A stretch of 64,000 nucleotides of DNA, taken from Blepharisma stoltei ATCC 30299. Taxonomy: Eukaryota > Protista > Ciliophora. How positions within the stretch are numbered: the first letter of the stretch is position 1; every line of letters begins with the position of its first letter. The position numbers were made by a program, and so were the translations under genes. Below the pieces are notes generated by a model. It ran no database searches, was not told the origin of the DNA, and was given only the letters and a program-made list of their open reading frames with translations. Location of the stretch: NCBI GenBank assembly GCA_965603825.1, contig CBFDEM010000035.1, positions 558,001-622,000 of the forward strand, written 5' to 3'. Positions 47,821 through 58,593 of this stretch are shown here, piece after piece.

Positions 47821-49637
47821 ATGGAAAAGGGCAACAGCCTTAGCGGTGAGGAATCCGCAATAGTCATACAAGATGAGTACGTAAGTGAGCAATCTCAAGT
47901 CATACCAACTGAATGGATATCTGGACCACGAGTAGAAGTCAATTCTGAGATGATTTATCAAGTAGTAAAGCTAAATAAAGCTCTTGAAACGACTACTCAT
48001 GAAGGAAAAACTTATAAAGCATTAAAAAGTGTCAATGGCTTATCCTGTGTTGCTCCTGATACACGATTTATCGAGAACAGCGTGCTTAAAGATCTAATAG
48101 CCTCAGCTAATGGGCCACTGCATTGCGAATTTCTTATTGTAATTACTATGTACAATGAGAAAATTGATGAACTAAAAAATACTTTAGATGGGGTCAAGTC
48201 AAACTTAAAATCCTTTGTTCAAAATGATGTGCAGCCTCAACAATATGCCTGTATAGTAATTATTGATGGTGTGGAAGCATTTTTTAAAACTTATGACAGC
48301 CAGAAAGAATTTTTTATAAAATATTGCAATAAGCAAAACATTTTGGACAGGTTTCCAGAAGCAGGGGGGGATGTGCGGAATTGCCAAATACCTGAAGGGA
48401 CTGATGATGATGAGTTCGCCCACTTGTTTATGCAAAAAATCCGAGTTAATAATAAAAATGAACTAGATCTTCAACTTATTTTTTGTATAAAACAAAAAAA
48501 TAAGAGGAAATTAAACACCCATTTATGATTCTTCGGAGGCTTTTGCCAGATGATTCAGCCTAAATATGTGATGCTTCTGGATGTAGGCACTAAACCTCTA
48601 GATAACTCTTTATACTATTTATACAAAGCAATGGAAAACGATGTAAGAGTAGCAGGATGCTGCGGAGAAATTGAGCCAATGTCTGTTGATGGTTTTAATT
48701 TAGTAGTTCCTGCTCAAATGGATCTTGGTTTGCATTAATTGACTCAATCAGAAGGTTTCTATCTATTTATAAGACAAAACACACTTGCTGCAGAAAATTT
48801 TTCTTTGGAATCCAGCTGTTTTACTATGTTATTAATGTCGTTTTTTCATGGTTAATTGTTGGATCATTTTTCTTAGTTTTTGCTGTTACAGTTCACTCGA
48901 CCTTTCCACAAGATCGAGACGATTTGGTTACATTTGGAAATGCAATTATATTGGTATATGTCGCAATACTTATTATCATTTTGCTTATATCATTAGGTGT
49001 TGAGCCTAGTAGAGCAAAAGACACAATCAAAGCTATTGCTTGCGTATTGGGAGTTTATATGATTGGTGCTGTCATTTTTATGATTGCTTTTCTCGTAAAT
49101 GTCAACTTTTCCAAGCCAATCATAGTTATTTTAGCATTTTGCACTGCTGGAATGTTTACATTAAATGTTTTATTGAATAATGCGATTTTGCCAATACTAA
49201 GAGGAATAGTTCTGTTCTTGTTTTTAACCCCTACGTATGTGAATATCTTCAACATCTATGCTATTTGCAACATTCATGATTGTACTTGGGGAAACCGCCC
49301 ACAGGAGTTAAATAATGATGAAAGAGAAAGATTAAGCGACTATCAAGCCTTCAGAACTAGATGGCTAGTTATTTGGGTTTTAACGAATACATTCTTTGCT
49401 TACTGCATCAATTTCTTAAATAAGTAAAAAGATTATGGGGCTAATTATATTTATGCAATTGCTATTATTGGAATTATACTTCTTGGATTTAGGTTTATTT
49501 GTGGCTGCCTATATTTGTTCCAAGAATGCTGTAAAAAGAATATAACTATCTCTTCAAGAAATGATCAAAAGAATGAAGATGCCAATGGGCAGGGAGCGGA
49601 AGCTTTGAGATTAAATGTGAATTCATTCCAGGTTTAA
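47821..49637 (+). pseudogene. CHS: Chitin synthase with catalytic core deleted
   Basis: ITMYNE, IIDG, KQKNKRKLNTHLW, LLDVGT and GCCGEI, then PAQ joins directly (-1 frame, 48717) to NGSWFA. PGAFSAYR, EDR and QRRRW are absent. NIHDCTWGNR is present; extra in-frame TAA at 49425. Confidence 0.88.
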
Positions 49638-50450
49638 AATCAATTAAGTTTAAATAAGTTTAACTATTTATTACAAGGTAATTAAAATAAATTAATTTGA
49701 TTTCCATTCTTTATATTCCTCTTGAAATGCTAAGCGACTATAAGGCATTTAGAGCCAGATGATTTTTTTGGTATATTCTGATTTGTTTATCTTATTAATT
49801 TATTGGTTAAGTCTATGAATATGGTATTAATTATATTGTTTTAATTACCATTATTGAAATTTAATAGATTTATTTGCGGATGATAATATTTAGTACAAGG
49901 ATATGGGTATTTTAGGAAAAAATGAATATATAGAAACAATAGAATCCTTGGTGAAAATTAAAGCCAGAGAAAGTTTAATAATAGTATTGCATATGCAGAA
50001 TCAGACTGACATGGATTGATCCAAGTTCAAAATCAGCAGAATACTCGCAATTATCACCCTTTTATATCATTTAGATATAGCAATCGGACAGAGTAAATGC
50101 CTATTTAATTATCTCTTTAATATTATTGATAATATTGACATATGTTTTTTATACTGTGCAAATCCTACACTTTTAAGATCTAACTTCTGTGTTTCTGGAA
50201 ACAAAGATAATCTAATAAGTGTTAGGAAGACATTAAATAAATTAAAGTCTTTCAATGGCGATTTTATTAAATTCTGACTAATCTTTTATTTGTTTTAGAT
50301 TCTCATGATCAAAAAGTTATGATTAATCCTCTCATACAAAAATTGTATGAAACTATGATACATTTAAAGAATACCTAGCTGGCTGGTATTGCATGCATCT
50401 ATTCTGCATTATTTTAATATGAGCGACTTATATTAATGGAGAAATTTTAA

Positions 50451-50999
50451 TTATCTCATTAAAGACTTTGATATTGCCTGTCTTGCATTGGTTATTGCCC
50501 TACCTAAAGTTGATTCTTGCTTTTTATTTTTTTGTGGCAAAACTTGCTGTCCTTCTCTCATTGTGACTCTTTCCACAATACTCATAGCATCGCAACAGAT
50601 TATAATCCCATCATCTAAAAACTCATCAATTGCAAGCATCATTAAGTCCATCTCTTCACAAACCCGTTTTTTATCAATTTCTGTCCTATAAAGCATCTCC
50701 AAAGCCTCAGTAATTGCATCTAAAAGTGATGCCATCAGTATTTCATTTTCTTCAAAAGTCGCAAATAAATATATAGCTATATCGTTATAATTTTTAAAAA
50801 CAACTGAATAAGTTTCCAGCATAAAAATATCAGCTTCTGTGCCTCTTGTGCTAATTCTTGATGATTTTGAATATAGCTGCTGCTCAAAAAGTTTCTGATT
50901 TGAATGGGTTAATAAGGAAGATGAAGGGTTATAGTATTTACTAAAAATATTTTGACCTTCGTTATCTAGAACGATTATTCCTTTCATCTGGCATATCAT
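50451..50999 (-). CDS. COPZ: Coatomer zeta subunit
   Basis: IIVLDNEGQNIFSKYY, ENEILM and LAIDEFLDDGII longin motifs. Confidence 0.9.
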   Translation of the reverse strand: MICQMKGIIVLDNEGQNIFSKYYNPSSSLLTHSNQKLFEQQLYSKSSRISTRGTEADIFMLETYSVVFKNYNDIAIYLFATFEENEILMASLLDAITEALEMLYRTEIDKKRVCEEMDLMMLAIDEFLDDGIIICCDAMSIVERVTMREGQQVLPQKNKKQESTLGRAITNARQAISKSLMR

Positions 51000-51443
51000 T
51001 TTGTGAATTATTTATTTTTCTGACGTATGATTTAGGTAAATGGTGATTGAATTTGTGAAGAAATGGCAGATTAAACTGTAATTTTTTCGAGTCTTTCACT
51101 ATCAAATCTTTATTTTGTATTTTAATGACAAGGCTGAATGAATAATTTATATGAGGGAAAAATATAGCGTTCTGATAGAAAGGATTTATTATAGCCAATA
51201 AATTCTCAAAAGGATAGAGCGCAGTTCTGCATCATTAAGTTTTTATTCATGCCATAAATCTTATATGAATAGAGCCCCTATTATTTTTCTGAACTTTATC
51301 AATTTATTTTTCTTATTAATAGTCCTCTGCAATCAAAACACGCATATTTAACTAAAAATGATTTCTATATTTATTAAATATATTAATTTACTTAATTAAA
51401 TAATCAATCTAACAAAATATCAAACGAGCCAATATATTGAAAT

Positions 51444-51752
51444 TTAATTTCTTTTCAAATTATTTAATATCTCCTTATATCCTCTATTCTCCAATGTTAA
51501 AACCGCATTTTCTCTATTCAGCTCTTCCGCCTTGTTCACAAGTTGCAGTAAAAGCGCGTCTTTATTTGAGTCATTATTTATCATTTCCATCATCATTAGT
51601 CTTTCAGTCTGCAGAACTTCTTGAAACTGCATGAAAAATACCTTAAGAAGTAGCATTTCACTTGTACTGTTTATCAGTTTTCCCAAGCACTCTCCGCTAC
51701 ACTCACAAGCATATGAGCTCTCAGCAGCTATTTTGTTGTTGAATGTAAACAT
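51444..51752 (-). CDS. Short coiled-coil ORF (possibly degenerate)
   Basis: 102-aa ORF with heptad C-terminus; the best-context ATG (51780) is out of frame. Confidence 0.4.
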   Translation of the reverse strand: MFTFNNKIAAESSYACECSGECLGKLINSTSEMLLLKVFFMQFQEVLQTERLMMMEMINNDSNKDALLLQLVNKAEELNRENAVLTLENRGYKEILNNLKRN

Positions 51753-51793
51753 ATGTAAATATCAAATATTATTGCTCCATTTTTATAATTTTC

Positions 51794-52609
51794 ATGCTTG
51801 CTCGTATACCTAGAGATAGTGTAAGGCCAGCAATTATTGGAGTCTCGTGCTTAGCTGGATTATACCTAACCTATAAGGCTATGTCTTTCATCAAAAGCTT
51901 TTACCAAAAAAGCCTCGTCAAGCCATTAGATTTCATACAAAGATATGGAGCCAAATCCTGGGTCGTGATAACAGAAGGGTCTACAGATTTTGGAAAAAAC
52001 TGGGCTGAAAAATTTGCATCAGCTGGTTTTAATATAATTCTTATAGACAAGAGTCCAATTCCAGCAGATTTTAAGGCCAAAATTGAGAAAAATTACAAAG
52101 TCAAGCTTGTTACGATCGATGAAAATTTAGCTGATGAGGAATCAGTTAAGAAAGTTCTAGAGCTTTTTAATAACCAGGCTTATGATATTTCCATTGTGAT
52201 TGTGAACTCAAAAGAAGTAGAGTTGGGAAGATTTAAAAGCATAAAAAATGATGAAGGAATAATCGAACCAGGAGCATTTAAGGAAATGGAGAGTGAGAAT
52301 ATCACGAATGTTATACAGACAAATTTAATTGTCCCTGCATTATTTATTAGAGGGTTGGCTTTAAGATTATTTGGAAGGGACAAAAGATCAGCAGTAATTT
52401 TGTGCACTGCAGAGTTTAGTGGAAAGTTTCCTTATTCAGCAGCTTATAATGCTGTGAAAGGATATAGAAGTGCGCTAGGATTAAGCTTGCAAGAAGAATT
52501 AAAAGAAAAAATTGATGTTCTTGTAGTTAATGCATCAGGATATGACGAGGTAGCTACTGTAAATCAAAGCTACAGACATTTAGGAAGAAGGGTGGAGCCT
52601 CCAATCTAA
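51794..52609 (+). CDS. Short-chain dehydrogenase, HSD17B12/KAR-like, degenerate NAD(P) motif
   Basis: RYGAKSWVVIT, GFNIILID and YNAVK (YxxxK); TGxxxGxG replaced by TEGSTDFG. Confidence 0.8.
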   Translation: MLARIPRDSVRPAIIGVSCLAGLYLTYKAMSFIKSFYQKSLVKPLDFIQRYGAKSWVVITEGSTDFGKNWAEKFASAGFNIILIDKSPIPADFKAKIEKNYKVKLVTIDENLADEESVKKVLELFNNQAYDISIVIVNSKEVELGRFKSIKNDEGIIEPGAFKEMESENITNVIQTNLIVPALFIRGLALRLFGRDKRSAVILCTAEFSGKFPYSAAYNAVKGYRSALGLSLQEELKEKIDVLVVNASGYDEVATVNQSYRHLGRRVEPPI

Positions 52610-52711
52610 TGAATTAGTAATCGAAACATAATTTATTGAAAATTATTTTTTCATAGAAATTCTACCAAAATTGTTTTTAAAGATTTTTATATATGTAATC
52701 TATATTTTTTC

Positions 52712-53035
52712 CTATAAAGACCGATAAATTAGTTGCTCTTTTAGATTTTTAATCGCATCCTCTACAGTAGCAGTCCCAGTTGCTCCCAATTTGCAGGTGG
52801 TTTCATCATATCCTATATCCTTAAGTTCATCATATACCCACTGATTGAATTCCATCCCATAAATAGGCAAAGGATTGATCATTTGACTCCCTGTAGCTTG
52901 TATTTCAAACTCTATAGGCATTGCTATCAAATATTGTGCGTATTCCCAAGCGTTTTGCCCATCTCCATTATTAATAAGGTTCTGAAGTCCCTGCACATAT
53001 GCGCAGAGAGTTTGATGATCAGGTATATTATTCAT
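52712..53035 (-). CDS. 107-aa protein with LUBAC-tethering-like motif and UBA-like domain
   Basis: LQNLINNGDGQNAWEYAQYL...IEFEIQ, then ELKDIGYDETTCKLG..TATVEDAIKNL. Confidence 0.65.
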   Translation of the reverse strand: MNNIPDHQTLCAYVQGLQNLINNGDGQNAWEYAQYLIAMPIEFEIQATGSQMINPLPIYGMEFNQWVYDELKDIGYDETTCKLGATGTATVEDAIKNLKEQLIYRSL

Positions 53036-53095
53036 TTTATAAATATTTCACTAATTATCGAACGTTCTTAAGTTAGAGCTCAATAAGGCTGCTCC

Positions 53096-53344
53096 TTACA
53101 TACTAATATCCTTATCAATCTCAATTGATGGAAGTGCTTTACTGAGGGTCGTAACCTCACTTCTGCTGATTTCTTTGCCATTTCTGAACTCACGGATCTT
53201 GAATCCTGTTTTTCCTGAAGCTTGCAAAAGATTCCTGCGAGGCCCAGCAGCGAATTTTGTTGTCAAATTGATTGAGTGGCACCACATGCGGTTCCAACTG
53301 AGCTTTCCGTAATACCAACCAAGAATATGATTCACTCCTCCCAT
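53096..53344 (-). CDS. ATP15: Probable mitochondrial ATP synthase epsilon subunit
   Basis: 82 aa, basic; W-x3-LS start and KIREFRNGKEISRSEVTTLSKALPS resemble the epsilon pattern recalled for ciliates. Confidence 0.55.
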   Translation of the reverse strand: MGGVNHILGWYYGKLSWNRMWCHSINLTTKFAAGPRRNLLQASGKTGFKIREFRNGKEISRSEVTTLSKALPSIEIDKDISM

Positions 53345-53472
53345 TTATTTATATAACTTGCTAAGCTGCTGCTTTGATTTCCCAAGCCAGAAAAAGAAAT
53401 TATCTATTTAAAATTTTGAAAAGAGTTTAAATAATTCATCATTTGTGTGAAGACAAAATAAATTTTCTTATA

Positions 53473-54240
53473 ATGGACGGACTACTTTCCACATCAAGTC
53501 TTCAAAATTCTTTAGAATGTCCAGTTTGCTTTGAATACCTAGCACCACCTGTATACCAATGCCCCAATGGACACTCAATTTGTTCACGCTGCCACCAGCA
53601 CGTTCCGACTTGCCCTGAGTGCAGATCTGATATGTCTCAAAGCTATAGAAACCTAACAATCGAAAAGATCTTAGAAAGCATACAAGTGAAATGCCGATTT
53701 CCTGGCTGTGACGTGATTACAACCTTATCAGCACGTTCTGCTCATCTTTCAAGCTGCCCTTTCAATCCTTATGTTGAGTGTTTGTATGTGGGTTGCAATA
53801 TGATAGTGGAAGATTTGCCTTCCCATTTAAAATCTGTACATAATGTAAAAGAATTCGATATGAGCGACATAAGAGGGGTGAGAGGGTGGAACTCGAAATC
53901 TTGAAGGATGGCTGACTGGGGGTTCAGCATATGGAATTTTAATGGAGAACTTATATTAAATCAGAGCCAAAGCAACAGAGACTTTTTTTATTTATGGGTG
54001 TTTGATATCGGAAATACCAGAAAACGAGTGAAATTAACTGTTGAAAAAGACGGAAAAAAAGTCAGTTTTATACTTGTCACAGCTTCAGCCAGGGGAAGGA
54101 GAAAATCAATGCCTTTTCATTTGAACATCAAAGAAATTGAGAACCACTTTTTGGAAGCTGCTGAAGGGTTGGAAGAAGGATATCAGAGGCTTACTATTCA
54201 TGTTGAGTTGCTGGTTGATTCGACGCTAAAACAAGCTTAA
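53473..54240 (+). CDS. SINA/SIAH-type RING E3 ligase (255 aa)
   Basis: LECPVCFEYLAPPVYQCPNGHSIC..CPECR, RNLTIEKI and SIAH zinc fingers; TGA=Trp at 53902 joins two track ORFs. Confidence 0.92.
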
Positions 54241-54821
54241 ATCGTGGAACTAATATAATCTGTTAATGAGTCGAAAAGAAATTAAAAGATTTATATATTT
54301 TTATATTTGATATTCTTTTATTTTTTATTGAAATTAAAAACCAGCTTAAGAGTAATGAGAATAAAGCATATCTTTTAAAAGATTTTTTTTCCTCAGAAAG
54401 CAGTTTTTTTATGCCGTTGATCAATACTTTTTCCTTATCAGACTGTTGATTGTTATTTTTCAATCAAATGCCTGACTAGAAAATTTGCTAACGAAATGGT
54501 GCAGAGGAAATTGCTGAAAGAGGAACTATCGCTTAGAGAAAGATATATAAATTGATCTTCTTATCGATTCCACATTATGAAAGTGCATCTAAGAGATAGC
54601 TTCAGAAAACTTATAAAAATTGGTTCATGAAAGCCCATCACAATTTTTAAATTAATAAATAAATCGTAACATAAATCACAATGAAACATATTAAATTTCA
54701 AAAAGTTTTAATTTTTTTCTATAGACGTCGATTTACTCTAGTATCATCCACTTTAAATTTTATTTATTATAGTTTTCAATTTCACTATAAACTGAAGTTA
54801 TATAAAATTTTTCATTAATAA

Positions 54822-55484
54822 ATGAATAAACATAAAAGAGTACCCTCAGCTATCCCACATGTTAAAAAAGAATTCCTCGAGGACGAGCCTGGAAGATTTT
54901 TAATATCACAAGGGATAGGGAAAGAACAAAGTTCTTCTTCTATGAATTCTTCATCAAGCTATGAAGCAGTCCAGCACAATTTTGTTGTACCATTTGACGA
55001 GTTTAAACAAAAAACTCTTGAATTTCTCAAAAACCAAAGCTCAAAGCCACCAGTCAATATAAAAATCACACCAGCCAATGCTTCATTAAACTCATCATCA
55101 AGCGAAAATTCCAGCATTATAAATCCCCAGCCTGCTTGCCTATTTCCTTTAGGTGAAAAATCTTGTGAGGATTCTTCTGACTCTCAAAAGCGATTTCGAG
55201 CTAAAAGCTGCTCAAATCCTCGAGTTGAGCTCTCTGCAGCTATGAAAAATATACAAGAAAGTCAAACAATCCATCAAAAGAAATTAGAATTCATCAGGAA
55301 AGATGTAAAGCAACAACTGCTGCAGATAGTCATGCAGCTGGATCAATCTGATATAGATACTGATAGAATGCCAGACCCAAGAATATCAGTTGGGTCAACA
55401 GAAACGCTAAGTGGGCCTGGAAGCTCAGTAAATCAATTAGACGAAATGAGCTGGGTAAAACTAGATAACTCCGTTGAGCATTAA
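54822..55484 (+). CDS. Ser-rich protein, unknown function
   Basis: 220-aa ORF with AATAAATG start context. Confidence 0.7.
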   Translation: MNKHKRVPSAIPHVKKEFLEDEPGRFLISQGIGKEQSSSSMNSSSSYEAVQHNFVVPFDEFKQKTLEFLKNQSSKPPVNIKITPANASLNSSSSENSSIINPQPACLFPLGEKSCEDSSDSQKRFRAKSCSNPRVELSAAMKNIQESQTIHQKKLEFIRKDVKQQLLQIVMQLDQSDIDTDRMPDPRISVGSTETLSGPGSSVNQLDEMSWVKLDNSVEH

Positions 55485-55645
55485 AGAAGGGATAAGTGTG
55501 CTGCTTCAATTTAAGCAAAATATATACGTGCTAATTAATATAAATATCGTTGTATTTATGGAAAAACATAAGCAATGTTTATATAAGAAACCATGCTTGA
55601 GAAATAAAATAACATATCAATAAATGCTAAGCAATTTATTATTGA

Positions 55646-58351
55646 TTAATATTTTGCATGCTTATTATAAGCTCTAATCTTCAAATGCTCATATTCGCTT
55701 TCCAAGTCTCTTAAAAGTGCATTCGATATATCAATCTTATGCACTTTCTCCAAAAACCTCTCATCAAATACATCAATTGGACAATTTGGAGTATTTATAT
55801 TAGTCAACAGTGACATCACGTCTTCAAACCTTTTCCCTTGAATTTCTCTTGACGCCCTTGACAAAATAGCTATGCAGACCTTAAAAGCAATTTTTCAGCC
55901 TTCTAAGAAGAATAAATCCCATATCGACAGCAGCAGCTCTGGCTTATCCTGAAGAATACTTGAAAATACAGTTATAAACCAAGAAGCAGTAAAATGCCCA
56001 GAACATAATCCAATTTCTCTAAACAATGAATGAATATCAGGCAATAAAATTCCTATAAGCCTGTCTAATTGGTAAAAAAATTGCTTAAGCTTAGGTAAAG
56101 ACTGCACATAAAGTGGCTGCATTTGGAACTTTTCAATCATCCCAATTAAGCATTTAAACACTAATTCTTCGTCCTGCAGCTGCACATATAAAGTTCCAGC
56201 CACATAATTCATGCCTTGACAGTATCCTATTTCAGGGTTATAAACAGCTATAGACTTAAGAATATTTTTCAATATTTGGCCAGTGATAATCTGATGCCCT
56301 TGGTATGATCTGATTACATCTAAATCAATGACTTCTTCAATATCACCTAATTCTGATATTTTATTTAAATAAGTTGAATATTCAATACGCCTGATATTTG
56401 CTTTTAAAAGCGTTACCCATGCTTGTGATCTTAAATAATGCTTTTTTTCTGCAGATAAATTCCATTCTGTAAGCCATTTTTTGATAATTTGATGGTAAAA
56501 AATATTTTTCCATTGCTTGCAGACTAAAACCAAGCTAAAGCATTCATTTGGCTGAAGAAAGTCTATTGCTAAACCATAGGGCAGTAATGCCCCAAATCGT
56601 TCACGCTCTTTTTCTCTAGCTTTTAAAGATACTTCAACTGGAGATTCTAAATGTACAAGAAGTCGTTTCGTATTAAGGACTTCAGCTAGTAGCAAGCAGG
56701 TCCTTTCAGGGTCCAAATTTACGCTTTGACAAGCTGCAAGCACAATTGAATTTGCAGTCTCCACTGGTATCCCTAGTTTTATCATATGATAATTAAACTG
56801 ACTAATCATCAGATATGCCGCAGCCTTTTCAGCTCTTTCATCTGCCAATCTTTTCTGAAAAATCAACGGTATCTTATGTGTCCAACTTTTAATAGCGGTA
56901 ACAAGCCCATTTCTTATTTTCCTTCTTTTATTCGGAGATAGCGGTGACTCACTTTCGTTCTCCAGCTGTGTCTCAATAGCGCTCAGAATGGCTTGGTTTC
57001 ATCTTTTGGCATCAGACCATATACAATGAGAACTGATAAAGCTTGCTAAATACTGTTTTTTGTTTGCTTCATTTTCTGTATAAAATTTATCACTGACAAA
57101 AATAACTTTGCAGAAAATCGAAGAGTCTGTGTCCCCGTCTATCATCATAGCAGTTAGCATGCCTTTTATTAATGAAGCAAGCTGGGTAATTTTTGAGTAC
57201 TCAAGGCAACGGTTGCTGTTTTTGTGCTCTAAAACATCACAGAATAGCTCTCGGCCCTCAGCTGTATGGAGAAGCTCTGATAGTTTTGCATAAAATCGGG
57301 AGTCTAAGACTTCTTCAGAACTTTTGTCTTCTTCTGGGGAGTTTATAAAAATGCTGTCTCTGACTGGGTCTAGTTTAAAAGGAATTAAATACCCAAGCAC
57401 AGCTTTTACAAGCTCAAGATCAGGGTCTTTTCCATTTTGAATGCCAGCATCGCCTAAAATTTCGTAGTCTTCTTCATTAAAAACTGGCTGATTTCCTTTC
57501 TTTTGCAGTCTTTTTCATTTTTCATAGCTCACGAACTCTTCTCTTTTTATAGGGGATGACGATTTATGATTGTCAACGAACTCTTTGATATCAATTTCAC
57601 TATTAACAGTCCCCAGCGCGACATTTAGTTCTTCAAAAATTTCATTGATGTTTTTTTGGTAGGCTATGTAGTAATTCGCGTATTTCTCTATTGAGTATTT
57701 GATGAAATGGATTCTACTTTCTTCGTTCTGTTGGAAATCGGCCATTATCCCTGGAATAATTGAATCATAGTCATTTCAGCACTGGTTTGCGTCAAATACA
57801 GATTTATCATATGCTTCTGAAGCTTTAAATGCTGAGTTCTTATACTGCAAGACTTGCTTGTACATCTTTTGCTGCTTTTCGCTTGTGTCATTATAATTGT
57901 ATTGTTTTTCTATCTTTTCTGCTTCTGAGCTGCATTTGATATGTTTTTCTTTGTGCTTTTCCATCTTCTGTATCGCTTTTTGCAGCTGCTTATGTGTAGG
58001 GGTCACTTTATTGACTAAATTTGTATTGGAATTGTTGATTTGACTGATGAATAATTCAAGAGGATCAATTATTTCTTGCTGCAGATGTCTAGAATACATA
58101 GCTTGTTGGGCTGCAAATTTTCTGAAATGAATAGTTGTTGAAGTTAAAAGTCTAGATAATGTGGCTGAGTTAATATCTTTAGGGAGCTCTGCTGAAAAAG
58201 CATCAATAGACTTAAGCGTTTGTTGAGAAAACGTGTCTAGAGCTTTCTTGAAGTTTTTATAAAATGAACACAGATTTGCACTGACCTGCAAGCCCTTGCG
58301 CAGATGCGAAGAGACAAGCTCAAATTTGTCACTTAATTCGGGATAGCTCAT
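55646..58351 (-). CDS. F-BAR + SBF2-like + F-box-like + TBC Rab-GAP protein (901 aa)
   Basis: Five track ORFs join via TGA at 57776, 57515, 56999 and 55895. FCH-like start; IDFL..NECFSLVLVCKQWK; IDLDVIRS and YCQGMN catalytic fingers. Confidence 0.88.
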
Positions 58352-58593
58352 AATTAATAAATATGCCTCTTATTTGATACTAAGTGCTGATGGGCGAAAA
58401 AATTGTTTATTTGCTATAATTTCGTAGATTTTTAGAAAATAATTACTATTAAAATTTTTAAATTATATATATATGCTGGCTGAATTAGAAAAAGAAATTA
58501 CTCCTCACTAGTAAAATCTTTAAGCTCGCTTGTATAGGTTTTAGGAATTTGAAATAATCCTGATCATGGCTCTGCTTAAAGCCTATTAAAAAA

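Noticed and set aside
54495-54668. 57-aa frame under TGA=Trp and an 11/12-bp stem
   Set aside because: No homology cue; compatible with chance.
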